Part shown: positions 49,660-61,018 of the stretch, piece after piece
Numbering within the stretch: position 1 is the first letter of the stretch
Layout: each line of letters starts with the position of its first letter
Source of the DNA: Polymyxa betae A26-41
Lineage: Eukaryota > Protista > Endomyxa: Phytomyxea
Direction: 5' to 3'
NCBI GenBank assembly: GCA_003693705.1
Contig: RBZT01000588.1
Location: forward strand, 124,001 to 188,000
DNA length: 64,000 nucleotides
The notes under the pieces: model-generated
What the model saw: the letters and a program-made list of their open reading frames with translations, nothing else
What the model was told of the DNA's origin: nothing
The model's database searches: none
Made by a program: the position numbers and the translations under genes

Positions 49660-51793
49660 CTAAAAGAAAAACAGCATAATGAACGACCTCAAAATTTTGC
49701 TGCGTTTCTGCCTAGATCTCTGCTGTTGCTCAGAAACTGTTATTATGTGCTTGCCAGGAGCACTGTTTGCCCCTTGCAAACTGCTGTCGAGCTCAGGTGG
49801 ACCTTCTTGCGCAGGCCTTAAGGCTGGAGATTCCCGGATGCGTCTTAGGTTGTGCACAGATTCAACCTGTTCTGATATCTCTGCTGTCATGCTTTGCCTG
49901 GTTTGAATACTCTCAAGCTGAGCCCTTGTATCTCTGACTTCTTCTTCTTTTGTTTGTTCTCGTGTCTGCTCATCTTGTAAGCATTGTCAAGACTGTGCAA
50001 AGGGGCATACCTTCTGCCTCGATTTCGTCCATTGCAGCATCTCTTCTTTTATCTTACCCAATTCTTTCTTTCCCAGCCCATAATTCGTTTTCTTCAGATA
50101 CCGTAACTTTAAAATTTGTTCCTGTTTCTGTCCAAGAAACCATTCGTGGACATCGTGGCCAAGCGAAGTCCATTTCACGCTTGTCAACGCAACACTGTGA
50201 TGCTCTCCACATTGGATCATTCCAACGACTGACCCCAGAATGTGCTCGACAACGCGAGGAAAGAGAAGGTTGTCGTCGGTGTCTTGCCCTATTGACGACA
50301 AAAACACCATAAATAACTTCAATCTAGGCGTTCATAAAAGTTAAATCCAGACCTAGTTGACCGTTGTCATTGTTTCCCCAAGAATAGATAGCGCCGAAGT
50401 TAGTTAATGCAAGAGAATGGTATCGACCAGCTGCAACCTAAACGATGTAAGCACAATAGGCGAATTTGTCAATAATAGGCAGCGTTACCTGAACAATATC
50501 CTTCGAAGCAATAATCAATCGGGGCACAGAGAGGTTCCCGCGAACACCATGCCCTAATTGGCCGTACTCTCCAGCCCCAACAGTATATACCTAAAATCAT
50601 TAGTGAAATTGTCACCACTGAATATCAGTGCAACGCTACCTCGCCTCTGGCGCTGAGAGCGACAATGTGGCTTTGCCCACAAGACACTTGAGATATTCGT
50701 GTGGAAAAGCTAAACTTCCTTGGAAGGTACATGAAATTATGATCTATGTTTTGATAGAAATATTCTCCAAAGCCACAGACATAAAGCTCGCCCGATTCCG
50801 TGATCATGCAAGTAAATATGGCACCACAGCGTACTGAAACGATTCTTGCTGTAGACAGCGTTTGAATTATTATCGGCCGTAACTGATCAGATTGATCGCC
50901 GTGCCCCAGCTGGCCATGCTCGCCGCATCCAAACGAATACACCTTCCCGTTGCCTGAAGGCACATTCATTTTGAATCTTAAGCTGACGGCTCCTGGTTAC
51001 GAGAAAGGGCAACAGAATGTTTGTCTCCACATGCAATTTGGACGAATTCAACGCTTCGTTCTGTATCGATTAACTTCGGGATCTTCACCATTTGACGATC
51101 ACCATGCCCAGTTTGACCGTATCTGGAAAATCCCCACGACCATAGTTTTCCTTTATCAGTGAGCACAATCTACAGATAGGTTGAGCCCAATGTCGAAACT
51201 GTAGCTATTTTCGTACTGTATGTGATTGGCCGCATGCCACAGCCATGACGAAAGCTGTCAGCGCCCTTACAGCCCTCGGCGTCGGTTGATTGACGAACCC
51301 TTCATGTACCTGGCCCAGCTGGCCCATACGCCCATCTCCCCAGGTGAACACTTGTCCTTCATCTGCGACACATTTAAATGTCCAATGGCCCGCCCGCCAC
51401 CTTCCTTACCAGAGACAGCAGCTGTATGTAAGCCGCCGCAAGCCACTTGTCTTATAGCAACATTCTCAGGAAACGCTACATACTGGGGGACCGACGCGTA
51501 TTTCTTCTGCCCTCGCATGAACTTCCTGCCAAGCTGCCCATGGTAGCCAGCTCCCCACGTATAGACATAGGTGCCCCCTGATGAGTCTATATCTCATTCA
51601 TTATCATATGGTTTTTTTGTTCAAAGGGTGTCAACATACCGATTGTCTTGCGCGATCCCGGGTCCACATGATCAGCGATTTTCCGAAGACTATCGAAGAT
51701 CAGCTGCCTGCGCTTGAGTTCTGGCGCCGGACCAAAGTCGACGGATTCTTTCTGGGTTGGTTCGTCTTTAACGCGTTCGAACGCGTTCGCCAT
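49660..51793 (-). CDS. RCC1-repeat (7-blade beta-propeller) protein
   Basis: Repeated VYTWGAGYHGQLG, VACGGLHT, LWSWGFSRYGQTGHG, VYSFGCGEHGQLGHG, VSCGQSH and YSWGNNDNGQL. Confidence 0.9.
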
Positions 51794-52046
51794 AATTGGC
51801 TGCTCCTGGCTTTAACCCAGCGGAGCCCGATTTCAAGAATCAAGATGGATCGTTCTGGTGGTACACATTTGATTAGTGTGAAAAATCGGTAGTTGTTCAT
51901 AGCAAACTGATTGCCGAGATTTATTATGGATTCTGCAAAAGAGTTATCGGCTGCAACCACTGCAGTGAATGCCTTTGCCATCGACGAAGTATTTGGAATT
52001 ATTGACAGTTCAGCAAGCGGAAGAATCGACGCTGACAGTAACGATC

Positions 52047-52571
52047 ATGCACATTGTAGCAAAACCCCATAGTGCGCTGACTAGGCTTAGATCTGCTACC
52101 AATCTTAAACCGAGCGGGCCTGAATTTAACCCGGAAATCAGTCCAAGACATGATGAATGCGAGCTTTGGAACTGGTACGTTGACTCCGGTTGCTTTCAAG
52201 AGGATCCTGGAGCAATCTACTGTCATACCGGTAGCTTTAATTCTTTTCGCTTTTTGTATCAAGTTAATTACTGGGTAGGCAGACCAAGACAAAGAAGCGG
52301 CCGATCTACTATGGGCATTACAACAGGTTTTGACACTATGACAACGATAACTTAATTCTACTGAACTTACTGTTCTAAGATCAGTATACCTGGTTCAGAG
52401 CTTGTGAAGATTAAGACCATACAGCAGTATCTTCAAGCATTTGGTCTGGATCTTCCTAAGGCACAATTTGATCGGATATTTGCCGGACTTCACATCGAAA
52501 ACGATGGGACCGTGGAGTATCGGGAGCTGATCGATCATCTTCTCAGTAATCGAACATACCTTAAGAAATAG
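52047..52571 (+). CDS. Small protein with degenerate EF-hand pair
   Basis: The last exon IQQYLQAFGLDLPKAQFDRIFAGLHIENDGTVEYRELIDHL resembles a calmodulin-like EF-hand. Confidence 0.5.
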
Positions 52572-52768
52572 CAACCAAATTCTGCAAATACGACTTGCAT
52601 GTCCGCTTACTGAAATCCGCGAAAATTAAATAAGCTGATCCAGCTCGGCAACAAATCGATCGCGAACGATGCTTTAACACTTTTACTCAACCTAGTTTAT
52701 TTAGATAAAAAATATTCTTCTTAAACATTGAATAAATAAGTTGCTTATTACGGTTCTGTAAATAAATA

Positions 52769-54380
52769 CTATACAGCGAACAGCACTGTAGGATTCGAAC
52801 AAGAGCTGTTTAGCGGTAGTTCCAGCTTCTTCTTGGAGGCCCAGTCCGGAACAGTTTTCGCTGCAGTTGAAGGCGTGACGATACTCAGATTATAAAGTAA
52901 TATTCCGATCATAGCGATACAAACGCCGACGACATTTGTTAGCTGAATCGGATTCCCGAAAAGAATTACAGCAGAGCAGATCAAGATGAGTCTTCGAAAA
53001 ACATCGGCAATTGAATATCCTGCAGAAAGCCTTACAATCAACGGATCAACAGGATAACGAATAGCTAACCTAACGAGCCCAGCGCTCCGATAGCAGCGTA
53101 GCTGAATCGAAGTTCAGCGAAATAATTCAATCCGCCAAGCGTGAGCAGAACAAACGGGCTTTGCCCGGAAGTGGCTAGCACATCAGTTGCATTAACATCG
53201 CTTTGAAATCGGACCACAGCGCTAGACAACAAGCAAATGGCCCCCAATAACATAGCCGAAAGACCAGCAGTGAAAACCTGAAGCTGCATCGGAGACACGG
53301 TTTCTTGCATAAGAATGCTCTTGGCGCGTATATTGAAAAACGTCTGATTCCAAGCGGAAAATATACCCAGCATGAAACCGATAGGGTGAAAACCCAGCTC
53401 TTGAGAGATCACATTTAGCAGCGGATTTCCGCACAAAGAAAACATCTTCCTACCTGAGGCTGAAGCCAGGCCAACGCCTCCAACAACAGCAATAAGCGAA
53501 AACTGGGTTAGGAATGAGAACCTCTTTTTATGAAGCAACCAGCATACTAAAGATGTCCACAGAGGTACTATGGCACGATTCAGAATATTCCCGATTCTAC
53601 CTGATATGGCCTACTGGTAGATTTGATCGTATTCAGGAAAGAAACAGGGATATAAAGCATGGCTGAATTATACGATATACTCATGAATGTCATGGCAATC
53701 GATAACGGCACGATGGACCGAAAATGCATTCCTGCTTTGGGTTTGGCAAGAGAGCCAGAGGATTTCGCCGGCGCCGAGCGAGTTGAAAATAAGACAATCG
53801 CCTAGAAAACACTTGAAAATCGATCCTCAGCAGTAATGACAGCAGGACGCACGCCTGCAATGCTAACAAATAATTGCTGGAATAGAGACAAACTGACTGC
53901 ACTCCCCAAATACTTTAATTGAACCTATCCACATTTTCAGTTCAGATCCAATGCAGAAGAACCACAGTTCGCTGACATAACTCAATTTGGAAGAAATAAT
54001 GCTGGATGTATACCAGAGGGCAATTAGCAAGGCATTCGCCGACTACATTGGAAGGCCACTTATCACCCTAAAAGCCAGCGGAGCAGTGGTGTCTACCTTT
54101 TTGGGCGATTGCTCTGCGGATTCGACATCGTCCGCTTTGGGCTTCATCTAGGAATAGACCAAGCAGCGCTGGGCTAATCGCTATAGCTGCCCATATCAGC
54201 AACAACCATAGAATCCTGTGACAATACGGCCATTCTGAATCCGAATCGGGGCAATCCGTAACAGCAAACAAGGTCGAATCATCTTTCTAGCGGGCGATTT
54301 CGTTGATTGTATTCAACAAACTAGGCGATTCCATTTGAATATGGAGTTTTAGCGTAGGGGTGCGAGATGGCTTCTTGCAT
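52769..54380 (-). CDS. Triose-phosphate/nucleotide-sugar transporter (TPT, SLC35E-like); start uncertain
   Basis: Multiple TM helices, VSFLNTIKS, GVGLAS, and YSIADVFRRLILICSAVILFGNPIQLTNVVGVCIAMIGILLYN. Confidence 0.85.
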
Positions 54381-54444
54381 TTGCGAATTCACTTTGCCCG
54401 GAACTGCCTGGCTGCAATCTAAAGGAAAAACGGCCGATTCAGAA

Positions 54445-55328
54445 ATGGGAACGGCTGCTTTGGGTTATATTGATGATTTCATTTTTTTTTGAAGTGTATG
54501 CAAGGCCTAGCCTCAGCTAAACGTTGTGCTGGGTGGTCTAGGCGTCGGAACATCGATTTTACAAAAAAAAAATTTTGATGGCGGTTATTACATGGCACGA
54601 AATAATTTGCACTTGGTTCTTCGTAGTCAATTCTTAAGAATACATTATAAGATGAAGCGATGTCTTTCATCAGCAATTGGATTCCAGACCTGGTCAAGGA
54701 ATCGCAGCGATTACCGAGCTGGACTCATAGATCATGATCTGAATGCTATGACAGCCATTTGTCGAGATCAAGCAATGTGTGCTGGGACACAGAATCCTGT
54801 TCCTCTCACCAATGAGGCTAAACAAACTGTAACAAATTCGGGCCCACGATGGACAAGAAGCGAATTGAATTTTTAAAGACTGGTGTGCACTTGACAGCAA
54901 ACAGGAGCGACGTTTGCATGTCGTGTTTGCCTCTAGCAAATGCTCATTTCTGGATTGACTACAGGAAGCCAACTACAGAAGCTATGCTGTTTGTTGGCAC
55001 GGCTGGAGATCTGGTGAAGGAGGATACCCAGAGATTCTACCCAGAACAACTAAATGACCTGTTCCAAGGATTGTAAGGAATGGGAAATGGCATTTTGTTA
55101 ACTCGCTGGGCGAAAGGATATACGATATAGATCTGTACGTCGAGGCCTGCACAGTTACCGAAGGGGCTGAAGCACAACGTGGTTTTACATTCGTGAACGA
55201 AGCCATACGACGATCGGTCATCAGTCAGGAAAGATCCGCTTTGGACGAAAGACCAGCTGCTGTATCTAAGGCTGAGTCTATTTATTGTATTTTGAAGCCT
55301 GTGATTGTATAATGTCAAGGTGTGCTGA
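54445..55328 (+). CDS. Divergent Arf/Arl-like fold protein with degenerate G-motifs; boundaries uncertain
   Basis: Ordered segments LNVVLGGLGVGTSIL, SSAIGFQT, MLFVGTAGDL and LYVEACTVTEGAEAQRGFTFV parallel the Arf G1, switch I, G4 and G5 regions. Confidence 0.35.
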
Positions 55329-55336
55329 TCAGCAAG

Positions 55337-55930
55337 ATGCTCATACACCACATCATTTTGCAAAGCATCATAATAATAATACCTTTTACCTTTGCTACTC
55401 ACAAGGCGAGGAATTTCCCGACTATTTGCCCCGAAACGTCCTGTTGGCAGATCGAAATGATGACAAATTGTCAGTTTTCGTATGAAAAACTGTTATCGAA
55501 ATGAAATTGCTGCCGATGAGATCGTGAATATGACAACTAACGTTTTCTTCGACTGAATTCATATGTGGTGGATAACAGGGCAATCGTTCGTACCCTGCAC
55601 GCTAAAATCTCGTTGCTGTCAACATACAGAAAAGGTGATTATAAATCATTTGGATATGAAGGAGGTGAATGTATCGGCTCCAAGTGGAACAGCGATTCTG
55701 GCCTTGGTATTCAGGTTACTAGAGCATTACCTGCACCAATGCATGAACAAGCACGAAATCTGAGAGAACGAGAGAGATTTCTTCTAAATTTGCCTCTCTT
55801 GAAGACTTTTTTTTTGAAATTAATGATGTTCAGATATGCTTCACTCAGGATTAACTTACTCTATCGTCAATCGTTATTCAGACAATCGTCAATCATTAAA
55901 ATGATTTCCGTTGATGCGAAGTGGAATTGA
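55337..55930 (+). CDS. Small putatively secreted Cys-containing protein
   Basis: Signal-peptide-like [20 protein letters not shown], then CPETSC...C and a spliced downstream exon. Confidence 0.45.
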
Positions 55931-56106
55931 TATCTGTTCTCCATGTAAAGATGATATATTTTCATTTTCTGCTAGCGGGCCCGAATGACAATCTTCAAGA
56001 GAAATTCGTTATCGGAAGAGCATTTTCTCAGCCGCGCTTTGGCAATAGGGCTGTTAGGTCTGACCAGGTTCCTGTAATTGCCAGGAAACAGCGCAATTCA
56101 TTTTCA

Positions 56107-58601
56107 ATGATGTCGCATAGGATTCAGCGTCTGCCTCCAGAAGTTGTCAATCGAATCGCGGCAGGGGAGGTCATCCAGCGGCCGTCGTCGGCGCTTAAAG
56201 AACGTCTGTAGGAGATGAGGGATTTTGTTTGAAGAATCTCCTGACCATCCGAGTATAGTCATTGAGAACAGCATCGATGCTGGAGCCACTCGAATCAATA
56301 TCGCTCTTGGCCAGTCTGGGTTGAAGCTTCTATCGATTACAGATAACGGTTCAGGAATCGCTGTGGTCTGATTGGCTTGCCTTTTTGTTTTCATGGTTGA
56401 CTTAAGCATTTGAATAGGACGACTTTCCGATTCTTTGCGAGCGGTTCACAACGAGTAAGCTGCGAGAATATAAAGATTTGGAATCGATCGAGACGTTTGG
56501 ATTTCGTGGCGAAGCGCTCGCTTCCATTAGCCACGTCGCTCATATATCTGTGATGTCGAAAACAGCCGATGCGAAAACCGCTTTCAAAGCGACATTTCTG
56601 GACGGAAGAATCTGTGATCAGCCTCAGCCCTGTGCTGGCCTTCAAGGCACCCAGATCGTTATCGAAGATCTGTTTTATAATATCGTACGTGTTTACGAGA
56701 AGATTAACTTATTGACACATGCTCACGCTCTGCAGCCAATGCGTCTCAATGCGTTGAAGAACCTGAATGATGAATACAATCGTTGCTTGACAACATTATC
56801 GCACTTTGCCGTTCATTTCTACAAAGTTGCATTTTCCGTAAAAAAGCAAGGCAAGACGAAATGCGATTTGAACACAACAGGAAAGGCTTCCCAGCAGGAT
56901 GTTATTCGTTTGCTCTTCGGACAGGTAGCAGGTTTTAGGTCCTGCGTTCTTTTTGTTGTAATTTATGCTTTTATAGGCGATAGCCAAAGAATTGCTTCCA
57001 GTATCTGGTTCAGAACCGGGGTCACAAGCAAATCTGAAACTCAGTGGTCTGGTGACAAACGTGAATTTTAATGTGAAGACTTTCACGTTAATTCTTTTTG
57101 TCAATCAACGTCTCGTCGAATGCACAGCAATTCGAAAAACAGTCGAATCTGTATATGCACCGTTTTTACCGAAAGGTTCCCATCCCTTCGTATATCTAGA
57201 TCTGCGAATTCCTGTAATGAGAAAGTTCAATTCTCAATCGTATTTATCAATGACTTACACTAACAGCCACATACTGTTGATGTCAATGTACATCCCACAA
57301 AGCGAGAGGTCGGTCTGTTGTACGAAGCCGAGATTGTCGAGCTGTTGCAGAAATGGCTCCAAAGCTCGTTGTCTGCCAGTAACAAAAGCAGAACTTATGT
57401 CGTGCAATCTGTTGTCCAAGCTCCAATAGAAGTTTCTGCTGTCGCTCAAATTGCTAAAAAAGGCATATTTGTTATGCCCTGCCTTTTCTCTTAGCGTTCT
57501 GAAACATCGTATAGTTACTAATCCAAGCCAGGCAGTACGAACAGATTTTCGTGCACCTGCTGGCCGACTTGCTGCGTATTTGTCCCATCCAAAGATGATG
57601 ACCCTATCTGGCCCTAAACAGACAGAAGTTGAGGAGGTGGGAGATGGAACCACCTGCGATTTGGCAAGTGTTCGTGAGCTGCTGGATGATGTAAGATTAG
57701 AGCGTCTTTCTTATTGGTCTGTGTCAGCTTCGTACAGATCAGAATAAGCTGTAGTGAGACACTCTCCCATGTCTTCAAGACCTATGTATTCGTTGGTTGT
57801 ATCGACGATCATTTTGCGCTTATTCAAAGTGGCACCAAACTGTTCGTTGTTAATGTCCCTGTAGTCAGGTATGGATTATGGTTATGTTTGTGGCCGCTGT
57901 CAACGATTTGGTAATTGTAGCAACTGCTTCTTCTATGAGCGCTGTTTGCGAAGTTTTTCGAGGCTGCCCAAGTTTCGGTTGCAATCTCAGCCCAGGATTT
58001 CAATTTGCAACTTGTGCCGAATTGCTCTGGATGACCCCAATTCTGGCTGGACTCCTGAAGATGGCGATAAAGAAGAAATCGCCACTCACATCACGAATGT
58101 CTTCATCAGTCAGCGTCAGATGCTGAATGAGTATTTCTCCATTGCCGTCTCTGAGAATGGTGATCTACTTGCATTACCTCAGGTTTGCTCATCGAAGTAA
58201 CTATTTACGCTTATCATTATTACTTGCTAGATTCTTCGTCAGTATGTCCCACCGCTTGCCCTTCTTCCGATGTTTGTTTTACGTTGTGGTTCTGAGGTAT
58301 CTTCTTTCTGTTTTAAGCAACATTCGGGATTGAGACAGTAAGTCAGGTCGACTGGAGGACAGAAAAGGAATGTTTTCGAGATTTGTCTCAAGAGTTAGCT
58401 CGGCTGTATCAGGTTCATCCGGGAATGTATATCGATTCTGTAGCTCAGGCCAACAAGCCATCTCTACAATGGATTACAGAGCATGTTCTGATGTCAGCGT
58501 TCCAGAATGGATTCGTTCCACCAAAACATCTAATTGACAGCGGAGCCATTCTGCAAATTGCTTCGTGTGAAAGCTTATATAAAGTATTTGAGCGGTGTTG
58601 A
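56107..58601 (+). CDS. MLH1: DNA mismatch repair protein MLH1
   Basis: [61 protein letters not shown] and the invariant C-terminal LYKVFERC. Confidence 0.97.
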
Positions 58602-58743
58602 AACTCAGCTAGAACAAATAGAATATGGAAAACAATTTAATCAATGTTGTAAGTTTACTCCTCACCCGTAATGAAAAGCGTTCGATTTGATCCACCGTAC
58701 TGAATAAGATTTAATGCTAAGTTGCACTGAAGGTTATTCCTGA

Positions 58744-60322
58744 ATGGGAGCCTGTTCATCGACAGCAATTTCGGATGCTGGCGGTGCTAGAAAAATCTTG
58801 GTGGAACAAAACCGCCAACATCAGGCAGCTAAAAATTCCAAAGAAATCGATGTTCAGGTGGAAAAGGCATATTTACAGGAATCTAGTATCAATAAGCTGC
58901 TGCTGCTCGGAGCAGGTTGGGCCCGATTTGAATGAAATTTCTTCATCGATATCATTGTTTTCAGGGGAATCTGGAAAGTCGACACTCTACCGACAAATGA
59001 AACGCATTTATGGAGCAGGATTCTCGAAGCAAGAGATCGAATTCTTTAAACAGGCGATTCTGTCGAATACAATTCGGTTTATGGCTACTCTACTAGATGC
59101 AGCCGATCAATTTCAGAATCAGATTGACGTTCCTCTAAATGTATTCTATTGTGATTGCGGTTTCCCCAACAGACATATGACGTGTTTTCAGAGCAGCAGT
59201 GTCCCCCGGAAAGAGGAATTTCGACGGCTTCTAATTGGCGAAGCAATTTATAACAATCACGTAATTCTGCATGAACTGATTTTTCAGAAAGGAATTCCAT
59301 TCCCAATGAACAGATGGCATTTTTGATTTCGGAACTTTGGAACGACGAATCGTTGAAAATCACCTTCGATTTACGTTCGCGATACCAGGTTGGTCGAAAA
59401 ATGCCAACAATTAGGCCCTAACTCCAGCATGTTCTAGCTTCCAGATTGCGCTCGCTATTTCTTTGATAAGGCCAAGGCTATAGCTCAGCCTTCATACACA
59501 CCATCAGATACGGTAATACTCCACTTCCTAAGTATTTTTTTCTGATACTTAGTTAACGATTTCAGGATATATTACTGTCAAGGATACGAACGACAGGTAT
59601 TGTTGAGACCCGGTTTAAGATCAACGGCACAGTATTTGATATATTTGATGTTGGAGGGCAACGAAATGAGAGAAAGAAATGGGTCTGTCAAGCATCGTAT
59701 ATTCGTAATTGGTTGCTAACACTCCAATTCCCCATAGATTCATTGCTTTGAGAATGTGACGGCGGTTATATTTGTCATTGCAGTTTCAGAATATGATCAA
59801 GTATGCGAAATTTGTGCTGCTTGCTGTTTATGTGCTAATTGCTTGCAGGTCTTATTTGAAGATTACAACAAAAATCGGATGAAAGAGGCACTTGAACTTT
59901 TCGAGGAAACCGTCAATTCAAAATGGTTCGCGAAAATCGACATCATTGTGTTTCTAAACAAGATCGATATGCTGGCTCGTAAGATAGTAAAAACGTCTAT
60001 TGATCAGTATTTCCCTGATTATAAAGGAGGTATGAAGTTCCGATCATGGCTATGCCATTACATTTCTGAAATGCTTTATCAAGGTCGGGATCTCAATGCG
60101 GCTTCACAGTTTTTCACAGAACAGGTTCTGTCTAGAAATCACATGCCTTTGCGAGCAATATACTGTCATTGTACGACGGCTACTGACGAGGCCAACGTAA
60201 TACGTGTTTTCAGTGCCGTGAGGGATATCATCCTGAGAAAGGTAAAACAAACTCTGACCATTATGTACAAGTCGCTGATTGGAGCATTTTTCCAGAATAT
60301 TTCCAGGGTCGGACTACTGTAG
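58744..60322 (+). CDS. Heterotrimeric G protein alpha subunit
   Basis: MGAC N-terminus, LLLGA|[32 protein letters not shown] and HCTTATD. Confidence 0.96.
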
Positions 60323-60489
60323 TTCCGAGAGCAACTTCTGCATGCGTCTCCTTAGTTGCTGCACCGTAATCAATCTAGCAAGAGAATAAATACACTATAC
60401 ATTTTAGCAGCAGGTTGATGATCGGGCGGGACGCTAGCTCCCTGCCTTGATCCTAGCAGCGTCTGGCTTGCAGTGAAAACTACACCATA

Positions 60490-60509
60490 CTGCTGCTGCT
60501 GCTGCTGCT
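60490..60509. repeat. (CTG)6-7 microsatellite
   Basis: ctgctgctgctgctgctgct in the spacer between the G-alpha gene and the microprotein gene. Confidence 0.85.
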
Positions 60510-60694
60510 TGCTTCTGTCTGGTCAAGTCTGAATGCCATGAGGAGGAGCGGCCCGTCACTTGGCTGGCAGCTCTTCCCGTCACAGAGTCATGGGAGTACC
60601 AAGGAATTGAGTGCGAAAGTGAGATCACTGTCCTTTCCCCTATTTTTATCGTTCAAAGAACCGGGGCATCATCGTTTGTATAAGAACGGTAAAG

Positions 60695-60948
60695 ATGCCC
60701 AACACTGATAAACACGGCGGTATAGACCGACATTCCGGGACTGGCCTGCGAGGGGAGCCCAAGAAAGGCGGCGCTGGTGGCAAGGTATCTGTCGTCATCA
60801 TCAACCCGAATCCAGCGCGGTCTGAGTGTTTCGTTAGGGTACCTGGGGTGCGCTTGATGATTTCACCGAGGCGCCGGCTGCAATCGACAAGGGTGATCCG
60901 AACTACGACCCACACGAGCAGGCAGCCAAGAATAAGAACAAGCACTAA
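60695..60948 (+). CDS. 66-aa microprotein comprising only the PDCD4/MRF N-terminal (SERBP1/Stm1-related) ribosome-binding motif
   Basis: Exon 60695-60784, GT-AG intron 60785-60837 and exon 60838-60948 give MPNTDKHGGIDRHSGTGLRGEPKKGGAGGK|GTWGALDDFTEAPAAIDKGDPNYDPHEQAAKNKNKH*. Confidence 0.85.
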
Positions 60949-61018
60949 GTTAAACTGACTGTGAGCATTAAGCAAATACAACATGTAATTTGGTGATTAG
61001 AGCATATATTGGCTATTG

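Noticed and set aside
44580-60322. Adenylyl cyclase and G-alpha as a signalling gene cluster
   Set aside because: They are about 11 kb and several unrelated genes apart, and nothing in the sequence links them.
60646-60984. 112-aa minus-strand ORF and the 87-aa unspliced plus-strand ORF
   Set aside because: These are the antisense shadow and the intron read-through of the spliced 66-aa microprotein.
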